A stretch of DNA of 47,423 nt from the IMG/VR virus record IMGVR_UViG_3300027749_000176, positions 1 to 47,423 of that record; one strand, 5' to 3'. The stretch's first letter is position 1; each line of letters opens with the position of its first letter. Positions 1-10,014 of this stretch are shown one piece after another. The notes beneath the pieces are model-generated. The model had not been told where the DNA came from and did not search any database. It was given only the letters and a program-made list of their open reading frames with translations. The DNA is from a virus (lineage: Duplodnaviria > Caudoviricetes). The position numbers and the translations under genes were made by a program.

Positions 1-131
1 TTGCGGAGATTACCCGATTATTCACCGCATTATACCCGATCAAGCCGCACACCAATAATTAACAACCTTGCATAAAATCCGAGACACAGTTTCGGAAATT
101 CACCAACCCGATAAAGACACAACCCTCCTCC

Positions 132-350
132 TAACTCGTAACAGAAGTCGAGTTAAGGCATTTCCAAAGGGGAACATTCGTCTATTTTGGCGAGTTAAGA
201 ATCACCCAACTACTAATTATAAATGTTTTAGTAGTTGATTGCCTATATGGTCAAAGATCCTTGTTTTTTGACCATGAACCTATGGATATGGATGCTTAAT
301 CAACATTCACTTTACACAAGCCGATTTAAGTAAAGTGCGCTTTACATAAG
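132..350. repeat. Cluster of short spaced inverted repeats
   Basis: TAACTCG 132-138/CGAGTTA 149-155; CAACTACTAA 207-216/TTAGTAGTTG 228-237; ATGGTCAAA 247-255/TTTGACCAT 267-275; CACTTTAC 308-315/GTAAAGTG 330-337. Confidence 0.75.
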
Positions 351-491
351 GTTGCATTATTCGCAATCAAATGTGCAGGCAACCGACACACCAACATTTA
401 CCGAAATTTTGACGGCGGATGACGGCATCCGAGGCTGATCAACACTCAAAACCAGCAAGTCACCAGCAAGGGGGGTCACAAGTACCCCTGC

Positions 492-534
492 AAAGAAAAG
501 CCCCTCACTCGCACATGACAACGAGTGAGGGGCT
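492..534 (-). terminator. Intrinsic terminator-like hairpin on the minus strand
   Basis: Perfect 13-bp stem AGCCCCTCACTCG 499-511/CGAGTGAGGGGCT 522-534, 10-nt loop. On the minus strand it is followed by TTTCTTT (complement of 492-498). Confidence 0.7.
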
Positions 535-603
535 AGCACTAGCACACAACCAAAAAGTAGATGCCCTCTGCCTTAAACCCATAAGGCGAGAGGGCGTGTT
601 GAG

Positions 604-694
604 AATCTACAAGAGCAAGAGAATCGCAACGATGAAAATATGCCGTTGACAATGATGCGGCGCAAGGATAATCGTAATAAATCTACAAGAGCAA
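604..694 (+). promoter_or_regulatory. Two 15-bp direct repeats flanking a sigma70-like promoter
   Basis: AATCTACAAGAGCAA at 604-618 and 680-694; TTGACA 646-651 and GATAAT 667-672 lie between them (15-bp spacer, suboptimal). Confidence 0.45.
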
Positions 695-976
695 ATGTAG
701 GTATCGTAACCACTGGAAATCGAGATTGTGTCGAGCCACTGGCGAAGGCAGGAGCCGCGTCTAACCCTCGCGGCTTAATTCGGAGGACACACACTCCATC
801 CTCACTACGCTCCGATCTGAGAGCAGGCTTATCCTTGGGCTGTGGTAGTGAGAGACGCTTTTCGTCTTATGTGAAATTGATCTGATTTCAGATCGCACTT
901 TTCTCTTTTCTATTTTCTTTGGGGGGTTTCTTTTTATCTTTTCTTTTTAACGCTGGGTGATCAATTCTTACCTTCT

Positions 977-1483
977 ATGGAAATCAAAACATCTCAACAG
1001 ATTGAGCAAATCGCTCTCAAGAAGCTAATCCCTTACGCTCGCAATAGCAGGACGCACAGCGACATTCAGGTAAGCCAGATCGCCGCCAGCATTAGGGAGT
1101 TTGGATTTACCAATCCTGTACTCATTACCGAGAACTACGACATCCTAGCAGGTCATGGGCGCGTACTAGCCGCAAAGAAACTGGGAATGGATTCAGTGCC
1201 ATGCATCAAGGTTGATCATCTAAACGAGTTCCAACGAAAGGCGTACATCATTGCAGACAACCAACTGGCACTCAACAGCGATTGGAACTTTGATATGCTT
1301 TCGGTAGAAATTGATGAGCTAAACGATGTGAAGTTTGATGTTTCATTGCTGGCCTTCACAAACGAGCAACTGGCAGAAATGATCGGATCTCCTGAAGAAC
1401 CAGTCGATAATGGACTGAAAGCGGATGAAAAGGAGAGAGAAACCTGCATTTGTCCCAAGTGCCGATTCGAATTTGTGAAGTAG
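977..1483 (+). CDS. ParB/Sulfiredoxin-like N-terminal domain protein with C-terminal CxxC knuckle
   Basis: LIPYARNSRTH..QIAASIREFGFTNPVLI..ILAGHGRVLAAKKLG..AYIIADN matches the phage ParB-N pattern; ends in CPKC. Confidence 0.85.
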   Translation: MEIKTSQQIEQIALKKLIPYARNSRTHSDIQVSQIAASIREFGFTNPVLITENYDILAGHGRVLAAKKLGMDSVPCIKVDHLNEFQRKAYIIADNQLALNSDWNFDMLSVEIDELNDVKFDVSLLAFTNEQLAEMIGSPEEPVDNGLKADEKERETCICPKCRFEFVK

Positions 1484-1525
1484 TTATTACTTGCCCTTGG
1501 ATTATAAATAACATATCACAAACTA

Positions 1526-2104
1526 ATGGCTACACCAATTTTAGGGATGCTGCCGCCTTCTGGCTGGCATTATATTGAGGGAGACGTGCGTATAAACGGC
1601 GTCACCTACGATACCCTGATCAAGAATGTCGAGACTTACCGCGCCGAGAATCATCTGCCTAGTGGAGACGTAGAAGGGGATGTAAATAGCTTTGTCTGTT
1701 CCAACTGGCCTCAGTTTTGTCATGGGGTTGACATGGTCGCAATCACTTCAGTAAACCCTGAGACTGACACGACGGCGTTGTTAAATGACATCCAGTCGTG
1801 GGCTAAGAACCTCCAGCAAAGTCAGAACCAAATAAACATGGTTACGGACGAACTGGCAGAGGCTAGGGCAAAGACCTGTAGGAACTGCCCTGAGAATTTG
1901 AACTGGCGCGGAGGCTGTAGCTCATGCATCAGCACCACCGAAAGGCTGACCGCAAGCGTGAGGCAGGGTCGAGACACACAATCAAGTGGGGTGCTTGGAG
2001 GTTGCAGGTCAATGCGTCACGACAACAGAACCGCTATCTTTATCGACAAGGATAATTTCAACAAATCAACCAACCTGCCTGCTAACTGCTGGCTCAATAC
2101 ATAA
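1526..2104 (+). CDS. Cys-rich hypothetical protein
   Basis: 192-aa ORF ending 2 nt before the next gene; CRNC and CSSC motifs plus further Cys, ends CWL. Confidence 0.75.
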   Translation: MATPILGMLPPSGWHYIEGDVRINGVTYDTLIKNVETYRAENHLPSGDVEGDVNSFVCSNWPQFCHGVDMVAITSVNPETDTTALLNDIQSWAKNLQQSQNQINMVTDELAEARAKTCRNCPENLNWRGGCSSCISTTERLTASVRQGRDTQSSGVLGGCRSMRHDNRTAIFIDKDNFNKSTNLPANCWLNT

Positions 2105-2106
2105 TT

Positions 2107-4524
2107 ATGGCAAACCTAAAGCCTCTTCCTCCAAAAATTACAGATTACTACGGAACAAAATCCGCTCGCGTTGTAGACGTCCACGACAAGCCAAGGATTC
2201 TTGGTCTGGATGTAGTCAACCCTGATCATGGCAATCTTGATGTCGTCAACAAGGACACGCTTCAAGTTAGGAGGACTTTTATAGATGCGACTCAGGCGCA
2301 CGCCGCATACCGCAGGCTAAAACAACAGAATGTTGAGAGGAACAGGAAGAACCAACTAATCCAGAAGAAACTCAACAACGAGCCTCCATATCAGGCTAAG
2401 AAGCTGGAAAGCATGGGTCAGAATTGGAGGAGCAACCGACCCACAGGATTCCTTTCTACGATGGTCAGCCGAATTCAGCCCCCATTCAGGCAGGTAATTG
2501 AAAGTGCGGCTACGCTTACATACGCGAAGTACCCGATTGATTCACTCGATGCCGAGAATAAGACCAAAGTATTCCGCGACGAAATAACCAAGTGCATTAG
2601 GGGATGGAAAGGGTTTGACGATTTGGTTGCCCAGATCGTCCATGAGAATACAACCTTTGGATTCTGTGGAATGTGTTGGGATGACCTTCGCGACTGGAAG
2701 CCCGAATTCCTTCGACAAGATTATACCTTCTTCTCTATCGAGACACCGCAACAAACTGACCAGACGCCAATCTGGGCGCGAAAGAGACGCTATCAGATCG
2801 CGGAGTTGCTCCCAGTCTTGGAACAGCCTGAACTTTCGGCAGCCGCTGGCTGGCATATTAACCACCTGATCCAGTCGATCAACCAAGCGATCCCTGCTGG
2901 CAGGACGCTTGACGCCGACGACGACGCTCGCAGGTACGAGGATTGGATTCGCGAGGGAAGTTACGGAGCCAGCTACGAGAACGACGCAAAGTATGTTGAG
3001 CTTGGAGAGATCCTAGTCAGGGAACCCCACGGCAAAATCAGCAGGTTCTTGTTTGACGACAAGAGCGGATTGGAAATCTGCACGCAGGTAGATCGATACA
3101 ACAAGATGAGCGAGACGCTCGCTCTATTCAGTATTGAGATCGGTAGCGGAAACCTGATGTCATCTCGCGGGGCTGGGCGTGACCTGTACAATACGCACGT
3201 TGCAGTGGAGAAGGCTCGCAACCTAGTTGTAGACAACACCTACTTGAAGGGGTTGCTGCTCTTGAAGAAGGGGCCAAACGCAAAGGTAGGAGTGCCTCCG
3301 CTTTCAGTGCTTCACCCAGTCGGATATATCTCCGAGGGATACGAGGTCATCCCACAGCAATTGCCAGCGGATGTGGACGATTTCCTCAAGCTGGATCAAT
3401 TCATCACTGGGTTGGCTGAGATTCAGGTGGGAACATTCCTGCCATCTGCACCTGTTGACAATAGCGGACAAAAGAAAACCGCTTCTGAGATCAATCGCAC
3501 AGCCGCAATTGAGAACCAGCTTCGCGAGGGAATCCTCACGCGCTTCTCGCGCCAGTTCTCACAAGCTGTTGAGCGTATGCAGAAAGGAATCTGTCACCCT
3601 GAACACATCAAGGCGGCGGCTGACTTGAAAGAAAAGATGGATGTTGTGAAACAATCCGAACCAAACGCCGTATGGGCTAGGCGCGAAGTGGTGGACGCAT
3701 TTGATAAGAGCCTTATGGAAATGCCTCCGTTCATGGTTCCATTTGATGTTCCTGAACACCTTGATGAGGACGCAATTAACTGCGTGTACGACATGCTCCA
3801 AAAGAATGTCCCACCATCTGACATTCTTCTCATGGCATACTCACCTGCCAGCCAGCTTCTTCAGGATACAACGCCACAAGACAATGTGATCCTAGACTCA
3901 CTGATCCAACGCTACACTGGCAATCCTAACGTAAACCAAGACGAGCTTCTAAAGCTGGATTGGAGCAGGAAACTGGGAGAGACAGTCGCCAACAGCGTCA
4001 TCCTTCCAAAGGATCAGGTTGAGGCAATCGCTATTGAAGCCACGCGCCAACAGGTATTGGAACTTCAGGCCATCATCGCAGGTCAGGACATTCCTGTCTC
4101 ACCACGAGACAACGACATCGTCCATCTTGATACAATGAGCCAAAAGCTGATGCCAGTGATTGCCAACGTGCCAAGGGGTGGTCTGACCCAAGAGGCAATT
4201 GCCCCGCTTATGGCTGCCATGAAGCACTACGTTGGACACATTACCGCCGCTGAACAAAAGGGCGCAATGCCAAAGCAGACGCAAAAGTATAGGCAGGCCG
4301 CAAAAGATGCGTACACGCACCTAACCGCTGGTCAAGCCGCCCCTCCTGCTGAGAACGTGATACCTGCCGCCATGCCTCATGGTCATCGCGGTGGTGGCGG
4401 TCACGCAGTAACATCAGTAGCGCAGGAAAAGAACCTTCAACAACAATACCAACAACAAAATCCTAGCCAAGGTGGAATGATTGCAAGTGTCGCCAATCCA
4501 CCAAGGCCAGTAACAGCGGCGTAA
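2107..4524 (+). CDS. Putative portal protein
   Basis: 805 aa, helical character, KTASEI motif similar to the portal TATE motif, low-complexity Gln/Pro/Ala tail, positioned before scaffold- and capsid-like genes. Function is inferred. Confidence 0.6.
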   Translation: MANLKPLPPKITDYYGTKSARVVDVHDKPRILGLDVVNPDHGNLDVVNKDTLQVRRTFIDATQAHAAYRRLKQQNVERNRKNQLIQKKLNNEPPYQAKKLESMGQNWRSNRPTGFLSTMVSRIQPPFRQVIESAATLTYAKYPIDSLDAENKTKVFRDEITKCIRGWKGFDDLVAQIVHENTTFGFCGMCWDDLRDWKPEFLRQDYTFFSIETPQQTDQTPIWARKRRYQIAELLPVLEQPELSAAAGWHINHLIQSINQAIPAGRTLDADDDARRYEDWIREGSYGASYENDAKYVELGEILVREPHGKISRFLFDDKSGLEICTQVDRYNKMSETLALFSIEIGSGNLMSSRGAGRDLYNTHVAVEKARNLVVDNTYLKGLLLLKKGPNAKVGVPPLSVLHPVGYISEGYEVIPQQLPADVDDFLKLDQFITGLAEIQVGTFLPSAPVDNSGQKKTASEINRTAAIENQLREGILTRFSRQFSQAVERMQKGICHPEHIKAAADLKEKMDVVKQSEPNAVWARREVVDAFDKSLMEMPPFMVPFDVPEHLDEDAINCVYDMLQKNVPPSDILLMAYSPASQLLQDTTPQDNVILDSLIQRYTGNPNVNQDELLKLDWSRKLGETVANSVILPKDQVEAIAIEATRQQVLELQAIIAGQDIPVSPRDNDIVHLDTMSQKLMPVIANVPRGGLTQEAIAPLMAAMKHYVGHITAAEQKGAMPKQTQKYRQAAKDAYTHLTAGQAAPPAENVIPAAMPHGHRGGGGHAVTSVAQEKNLQQQYQQQNPSQGGMIASVANPPRPVTAA

Positions 4525-4537
4525 GCCAAACAAAACT

Positions 4538-4858
4538 ATGGGCGGATCACCTACACAACCAACTCAAGGCGCAACAAACGCAGCCCCACAGGCTCCAACA
4601 ACGCAACCGCTAACCAACCCAGATGGAAGTTATCGCTTGGACGCTGAAGGAAAACCAATGTACGCACCTGTGGAAACAAACCCACAAGACGCCGTGATGA
4701 AGCAAAGAAGTGAGGCTGCACAAAAACCAACCACCTCAGAAGATGCTTTCCAAAAGGCTTGGAAAGGAAAAACCGCTGGCGTGAGTCCTAATTCTTACGG
4801 ACGCGATTCAAGCAAGCCGCTTTCTTCTGAGCAGGCAATAGATATTGGCTTGGCATAA
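4538..4858 (+). CDS. Small MGG-start virion-associated hypothetical protein
   Basis: MGGSPTQPTQ start, Pro/Thr/Gln-rich, C-terminus SEQAIDIGLA. Confidence 0.7.
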   Translation: MGGSPTQPTQGATNAAPQAPTTQPLTNPDGSYRLDAEGKPMYAPVETNPQDAVMKQRSEAAQKPTTSEDAFQKAWKGKTAGVSPNSYGRDSSKPLSSEQAIDIGLA

Positions 4859-4922
4859 TATAGTTGACATAAATTAAATTAAGTCAGAAAACCTATGCGT
4901 CTTCTGACACAACAAATAAATT

Positions 4923-5162
4923 ATGACTTGGGAAACATCTGACTCTGCACGATTCCGCGAATATCATCAAAAGTCTGGGGGGAAGCTAATTGGCTTCCTG
5001 TATTCCATTATTCCACCAACCACTGGAAAAACAATTGAGTCAGTTGCCCTTGAGGCAAAGTACAAGGAAGGCGCGGAGTTTATCCTGCGCCAGATGAATG
5101 ACATACTTTTAGACGAAAACAAAAATGATGATGCTTCGTCGGCGTCATTTGTGTCGATGTAA
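4923..5162 (+). CDS. Small hypothetical protein between portal and scaffold
   Basis: 79-aa ORF with A-rich leader, tightly packed with neighbours. Confidence 0.65.
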   Translation: MTWETSDSARFREYHQKSGGKLIGFLYSIIPPTTGKTIESVALEAKYKEGAEFILRQMNDILLDENKNDDASSASFVSM

Positions 5163-5168
5163 TAAATT

Positions 5169-6488
5169 ATGGAAGAAGAAAACCTAGTACCAGAGATCAC
5201 CGCCGCCAACCGCGATGGTGGAGCCGCAAACCTCAACGCTGATCCAATCAGCAGTGACGTTCATCAATCAATCGACTCGCTTCTCGATGAGGCGGAAAGA
5301 GAGACAGGGGTAGAACCCCAAGAAACACAAGAACCAACAACATCAAATGAAGACACTACAACGCTTGATAGCATCTCTGGCACAAACAGCCAGCAACCTG
5401 AAGCAATCGTTCCAGATCCTGTTCAACCAGCAACAGAAATACCACAACCAGAGTCTGGAGTCGAAGTTTCACCCAGTTCCGTTCAAGAACAAAAAGCCGA
5501 AATCGATCCAGAAATTCTCGCCATCGAACAGCCGCGCAACCTCTCCGAAAAAAATCAAAACAATTGGCGCAAGCTGCAAGAAACAGCCAGCGAGTACAAA
5601 AAGCAAGCGGCGGAAGCCGAAGTCTTGCGGCAACGGCTAACCGAATCCCAACAGCAACAGGTACAGGCTCCCACCGATTACGAAGAGCTAAAGAAATTCA
5701 GGCAAATCTTTGACATCAAGAACGACCCTGAGTTCCAAAGCAAGTATACGCAGCCAATCAATTCTGCAAAGGAGAACATCTATAGCATCATGAAAAAAAA
5801 TGGGGCTACGGATGACCTCATTGCCAGTATTGAAAAGGCAGGTGGCCCAGACAAGGTTGACGACAAGTGGTGGCAAAACAACGCCATCAGCAAGCTGGGA
5901 CTGACTGACGCCGAGAAGCTAAAGCGAAGCCTGATTGATGTATCAGACCTGAAAGAAAAGCAAGAGGCTGAGATTTCTCACGCCGCTGAGAACGCAGAGC
6001 AGATCCTTGAACAGCGTCAGAACCAAGCCAAGGACTGGTATCAGAAAGAGACAACGGAAGTACGAGATTATGTTAACCAGCTTACAAAAGAAGTACCTTG
6101 GGCAAGATACCAAGAGCCTCCTGCGAATGCTACACCTGAACAGATTGAAAAGATCCAGCACCACAACAAAAATGTGTCAGCACTTGAGGGGAAGTTTAAC
6201 AGCGCGCTCTGGCCCAAGACCGCAAACGAACGTGCGTCAATCGCCGCAGCAGCCGTTTATAGCGACATCCTGAGTGCGACCCTCCAACAAGAACAGGCCG
6301 CAAAGGCTTCTCTAGAGGCCCAACTCAAGAAATTGACTGATGAGAACGGCAAGTTGAAGGCGTCTGGAAGGATGCCAAAGCAGAATGTTACGACCCAGTC
6401 TGTCAATAAATCAAACGATCTCCAGTCACGAATCAAGATGAATGCCAGCGATGCCATTGACCTTGGACTTGACGAAGCGGGAGCATAA
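5169..6488 (+). CDS. Putative capsid scaffolding protein
   Basis: Acidic disordered N-terminal third, long coiled coils, short C-terminal helix (DAIDLGLDEAGA), located upstream of the capsid gene. Confidence 0.6.
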   Translation: MEEENLVPEITAANRDGGAANLNADPISSDVHQSIDSLLDEAERETGVEPQETQEPTTSNEDTTTLDSISGTNSQQPEAIVPDPVQPATEIPQPESGVEVSPSSVQEQKAEIDPEILAIEQPRNLSEKNQNNWRKLQETASEYKKQAAEAEVLRQRLTESQQQQVQAPTDYEELKKFRQIFDIKNDPEFQSKYTQPINSAKENIYSIMKKNGATDDLIASIEKAGGPDKVDDKWWQNNAISKLGLTDAEKLKRSLIDVSDLKEKQEAEISHAAENAEQILEQRQNQAKDWYQKETTEVRDYVNQLTKEVPWARYQEPPANATPEQIEKIQHHNKNVSALEGKFNSALWPKTANERASIAAAAVYSDILSATLQQEQAAKASLEAQLKKLTDENGKLKASGRMPKQNVTTQSVNKSNDLQSRIKMNASDAIDLGLDEAGA

Positions 6489-6490
6489 TT

Positions 6491-7513
6491 ATGGCAATCC
6501 TTGATCCTATCTCTACTCCTATGCAGGAGCGGACAATGAAGGCTACGGACTCACCGAATCCTTTCATGACTCCAACTCCGCCCCCTCGCAGGTTGGACGG
6601 CAGGCCAGTGGCTCCAGTTGTTCCAATTCCCTCGAATTTGGGGGAATTAAAACCAGAACCAGAACCAGATCCTGTACAGGAAGTTGTACAACCTGAACCT
6701 GTGGAAGAAGCAGAAAAGCCAAAGCGCGGACGCAAGCCAAAGCAAGCATTAGAAGAAGTTGAAGCACCAAGAGTACAGAACCCCATTATTGAAAGTAGAA
6801 CCAAAGAAGGGCTTCCTTCGTACCGCTGTGAGTTTGCTGGGCGCGACATCTTTGTTGGCTGGCCTTGGTACAAGTCTTCTAATCCTGTCACAGCCGCAGT
6901 CAATGTCGCGATCGCCCTTGACTTTGGAAAAGACAAGATTCGTTTTGATATGTCAATCGGTGATGCAAAAATTGAGCATTCACGCAACCGACTAGCTCAC
7001 AAGTTCCTAGAAACTGACGCCAAGTGGATGCTGATGATCGACGACGACATCATCCCATCAATCGGACGCCCAGCTTGGTTTAGGCACTGGGTTGCGGGAG
7101 CAAGGTCACTAGGAGACCTGCCACTACAGCGTCATGTGTTACACAGGCTTATAGGCGCGGGAAAGAGCCTTGTGGGGGCGGCTTACTTCGGTCGTCAGGA
7201 GGGAGGAGCCATAATGTGCGCCGATCCACTCCTCGCACCGCGAGCCAAGGCATACGAGGACGCAGTAGTTCCAGTTGATTGGGTAGGAACAGGCTGTATG
7301 CTAGTTCACCGAAAAGTATTTAACGACATTAAGGAAAAATTTGGAGATAGCCTGAAGATCGATGTACCTGACTACGATTACGATTACTTCCGACCATTCG
7401 ATAGCGCAAGGGGCGAGGATGTTTCATTCTGTCTGAGGGCAAAGGAGGCCAGCCACCAACCCCACATCGACCTTGGTCTACCAGTATTCCACGTTGGCTA
7501 TAAAACATACTAA
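6491..7513 (+). CDS. GT-A fold glycosyltransferase-like protein with Pro/Glu-rich N-terminal extension
   Basis: SRNRLAHKFL..WMLMIDDDII (DxD), VGTGCMLVHRKVF, GEDVSFCLRA, HVG. Confidence 0.8.
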   Translation: MAILDPISTPMQERTMKATDSPNPFMTPTPPPRRLDGRPVAPVVPIPSNLGELKPEPEPDPVQEVVQPEPVEEAEKPKRGRKPKQALEEVEAPRVQNPIIESRTKEGLPSYRCEFAGRDIFVGWPWYKSSNPVTAAVNVAIALDFGKDKIRFDMSIGDAKIEHSRNRLAHKFLETDAKWMLMIDDDIIPSIGRPAWFRHWVAGARSLGDLPLQRHVLHRLIGAGKSLVGAAYFGRQEGGAIMCADPLLAPRAKAYEDAVVPVDWVGTGCMLVHRKVFNDIKEKFGDSLKIDVPDYDYDYFRPFDSARGEDVSFCLRAKEASHQPHIDLGLPVFHVGYKTY

Positions 7514-8109
7514 TGAAAATCTACGCATACTACCAAAACATCTCCCAATCAAAGCAAGGCGAGGAATTTGCCTGCGCCAATTGGTGGAAGACTAGCTGGA
7601 CAAATCAAGGATGGGAGCCTGTCATGCTCAATAGGAGCCACGCTCTTGGTAGCCCGATATACAACAAGCTCCAACAGAAGTTGATGGCTAATACAATGGG
7701 CCTTCACCCTGAATTACTGAACAGATTTGACTGGATAGTAGCACGTTTCATCCGTTGGTGCGCCCTCTACGCCGCTGGCGGCGGATGGATGAGCGATTAT
7801 GATGTAGTGAACAAAAAATTCACCCCAGAGATAGCAAAAACGTATGAAGATCACGGAACTCTCCACATGAACTGCGGCGAGCCTGCATATATCTTTTATG
7901 CGACCAAGGAACATTGCGCGAACGCGATAAAGAAATTTATTCAAGAGCCTATTGTAGATAGCAATAAGATGATTAACGAGTCCGAAGTTCTTGAAATACA
8001 AAATACTTTGGATGATGTTCTTCATTTAATTCATCACGCAAAAAGTTCTGATCTTGAAGCTAGATCACAGGTTATGTTAAATACTCTCTCTGATGAGAAG
8101 CCCGTTTGA
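7513..8109 (+). CDS. DxD glycosyltransferase-like protein (GT32/Och1-like)
   Basis: RWCALYAAGGGWMSDYDV resembles R..LY..GG.Y.DxD; TAATG overlap with the upstream gene. Confidence 0.65.
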   Translation: MKIYAYYQNISQSKQGEEFACANWWKTSWTNQGWEPVMLNRSHALGSPIYNKLQQKLMANTMGLHPELLNRFDWIVARFIRWCALYAAGGGWMSDYDVVNKKFTPEIAKTYEDHGTLHMNCGEPAYIFYATKEHCANAIKKFIQEPIVDSNKMINESEVLEIQNTLDDVLHLIHHAKSSDLEARSQVMLNTLSDEKPV

Positions 8110-8821
8110 GAAGCGAATAACCTTTATGCACACTGGTCACATAGGTGACATTATTGCATTTTTGCCTGTATTCAAGGCGATGGGTGGAACCACAATAGTT
8201 ATTCGTGATGAAACTTGGATGGAGCCAATGAGTGGATATAAGTACAACTCACTAAAGCCGTTACTTGAAAGCCAGAACATTGAAGTTTTATGGAATGACG
8301 GAAGGTATGGAATTGATCATGACTTGGCGGGGTGGCGCGAGTGCTACGAACACCATATTTCACTTACCGACGCACAAGCAAGATACTTGTATCTTGTTCC
8401 AAGGGGTCATGGTTACATGGACATAAAAGAGCCTTGGATCAAGGTAGAAGCTGATGTAAATACAAAAGGAAGAGTTATATTTAATCGCACACCAAGATAC
8501 AGAAGCCCTCATTTTTCATGGGATAAAGTACATAAACATTTTGGAGATAAAGCGTTGTTCATTGGAAGAGAAGATGAACATAAAGAATTCTGCGATCTTA
8601 TTGGGAACATTGAATACTACAAAACAGATAATTGTCTTGATGTTGCAAAAGCAATTGAAGGTGCTGATTTTTTTGTTGGAAACCAATCTAGTTCATTCTG
8701 GATAGCCGCTGGTCTTTTCAAGCCATTACTACAAGAAACTTGTGAGGTTCCTAATAGCATTGTCAGATACAAAGGAGCGCACTACACGCCAAATTGTGAC
8801 GCAAACCTTTCAGTGTTATGA
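8093..8821 (+). CDS. GT-B glycosyltransferase-like protein (GT9/heptosyltransferase-like)
   Basis: N-terminal HTGHIGDII and C-terminal LDVAKAIEGADFFVGNQSSSFWIAAGL patterns. Confidence 0.7.
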   Translation: MRSPFEKRITFMHTGHIGDIIAFLPVFKAMGGTTIVIRDETWMEPMSGYKYNSLKPLLESQNIEVLWNDGRYGIDHDLAGWRECYEHHISLTDAQARYLYLVPRGHGYMDIKEPWIKVEADVNTKGRVIFNRTPRYRSPHFSWDKVHKHFGDKALFIGREDEHKEFCDLIGNIEYYKTDNCLDVAKAIEGADFFVGNQSSSFWIAAGLFKPLLQETCEVPNSIVRYKGAHYTPNCDANLSVL

Positions 8822-9447
8822 AAACACTTTTGTTTTGCACCTCTTATGCTGATTCACAGGATGGGTGGAGCGGAAGATATAAATCTTGGTACGATTATTA
8901 TGTATCAGGAAAAGTAAAGCATGATAAAATGCTTATGTTTGATGATGGAAGTCCTATGATGCCATCATTTTGTCCATCAGAAGTTATATATACTTTTCCA
9001 ACTCATTTAGGAAAACGAACAATTGTTGATTACGATGGATGGTATAGGAGCTTTGGAAGTGCAATACAATACGCACAGAATAACGGATTTGATAAAATTG
9101 TTCACTGCGAGGCTGATGCGTATTTATTATCAACTAGGATAATTGATTTTGTAAACTCGCTAACTTCTGGATGGCATTGCTTTTGGTGTCCAAAACACAA
9201 TATGCATGAATCCGCATTGCAAGTAATATGTTCAGACCAAATCCAATCATGCATAAACTTTACTAGCGAGCCTTACGACAAATATAGAAATCAACCAATA
9301 GATTGTTTATTTCCATATACTGATGTACATAAATTTTTTATAGGGGATCGGTACGGAGAATATGGTGGAGATTACATACCAGTAGGTTCAGATTATTCGT
9401 GCCAGACAAGTAGCAACATGATAAACAAATTCCAAAATGAACATTGA
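8818..9447 (+). CDS. Putative glycosyltransferase-like protein
   Basis: MLMFDDGS and FDKIVHCEADAY (ExD) GT-A-like motifs; ATGA overlap with the upstream gene. Confidence 0.55.
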   Translation: MKTLLFCTSYADSQDGWSGRYKSWYDYYVSGKVKHDKMLMFDDGSPMMPSFCPSEVIYTFPTHLGKRTIVDYDGWYRSFGSAIQYAQNNGFDKIVHCEADAYLLSTRIIDFVNSLTSGWHCFWCPKHNMHESALQVICSDQIQSCINFTSEPYDKYRNQPIDCLFPYTDVHKFFIGDRYGEYGGDYIPVGSDYSCQTSSNMINKFQNEH

Positions 9448-9985
9448 AGAAATGCTATCTATAACTGGGAAGAGAGAAAAATCTTTCCGCTACATGGTTG
9501 ATTTCTTAAACGGAATAGAAAATCCAATAATTGTAGAAACAGGATGTGCTAGGGTTGAAAACAATTTTGAGGGAGATGGAATGTCCACGCTAATTTTTGA
9601 TGCATTTGTTGGATCAAATGGAGGCAATTTTTACTCGGTGGACATCAGCGAGGACTCTGTTGCATTTGCAAAATCTAAAATTACCAGTGAAAAAACTCGA
9701 ATTGCCTGTGAAGATAGCGTCGGATTCCTTCACAGATTTAATCAACAAATTAATCTTCTTTATTTAGACAGCTACGATTTAGATCCAACAAACCCGCATC
9801 CGTCATCTCTTCATCATATTTACGAATTGATTGCTGTATCAAAGTGCTTAAAAAAGGGAACAATGGTTGTTGTTGATGACAACCTCAACGATGAAATTGG
9901 CAAAGGGAAATACATTGCTGACTACTTTGTTAAGATTGGAGTTCCAATGATATATTCAGGGTATCAACAAATTTGGAAAATATAG
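9437..9985 (+). CDS. Class I SAM-dependent methyltransferase (Methyltransf_24-like)
   Basis: IIVETG, FYSVDI, DSVGFL, LLYLDS, VVVDD motifs. Confidence 0.8.
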   Translation: MNIEEMLSITGKREKSFRYMVDFLNGIENPIIVETGCARVENNFEGDGMSTLIFDAFVGSNGGNFYSVDISEDSVAFAKSKITSEKTRIACEDSVGFLHRFNQQINLLYLDSYDLDPTNPHPSSLHHIYELIAVSKCLKKGTMVVVDDNLNDEIGKGKYIADYFVKIGVPMIYSGYQQIWKI

Positions 9986-10014
9986 TTGACGATTAATTAT
10001 TTATTTAGTAATAG
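9986..10014 (+). promoter_or_regulatory. Candidate promoter for the capsid transcript
   Basis: TTGACG 9986-9991, 17-bp AT-rich spacer, TAATAG 10009-10014. Confidence 0.45.

Noticed and set aside
357-885. Four short ORFs on both strands at the left end
   Set aside because: Mutually overlapping, no motifs, and they overlie hairpins and repeats.
6433-6987. 184-aa minus-strand ORF and the many other short minus-strand ORFs
   Set aside because: They overlap well-supported, translationally coupled plus-strand genes.
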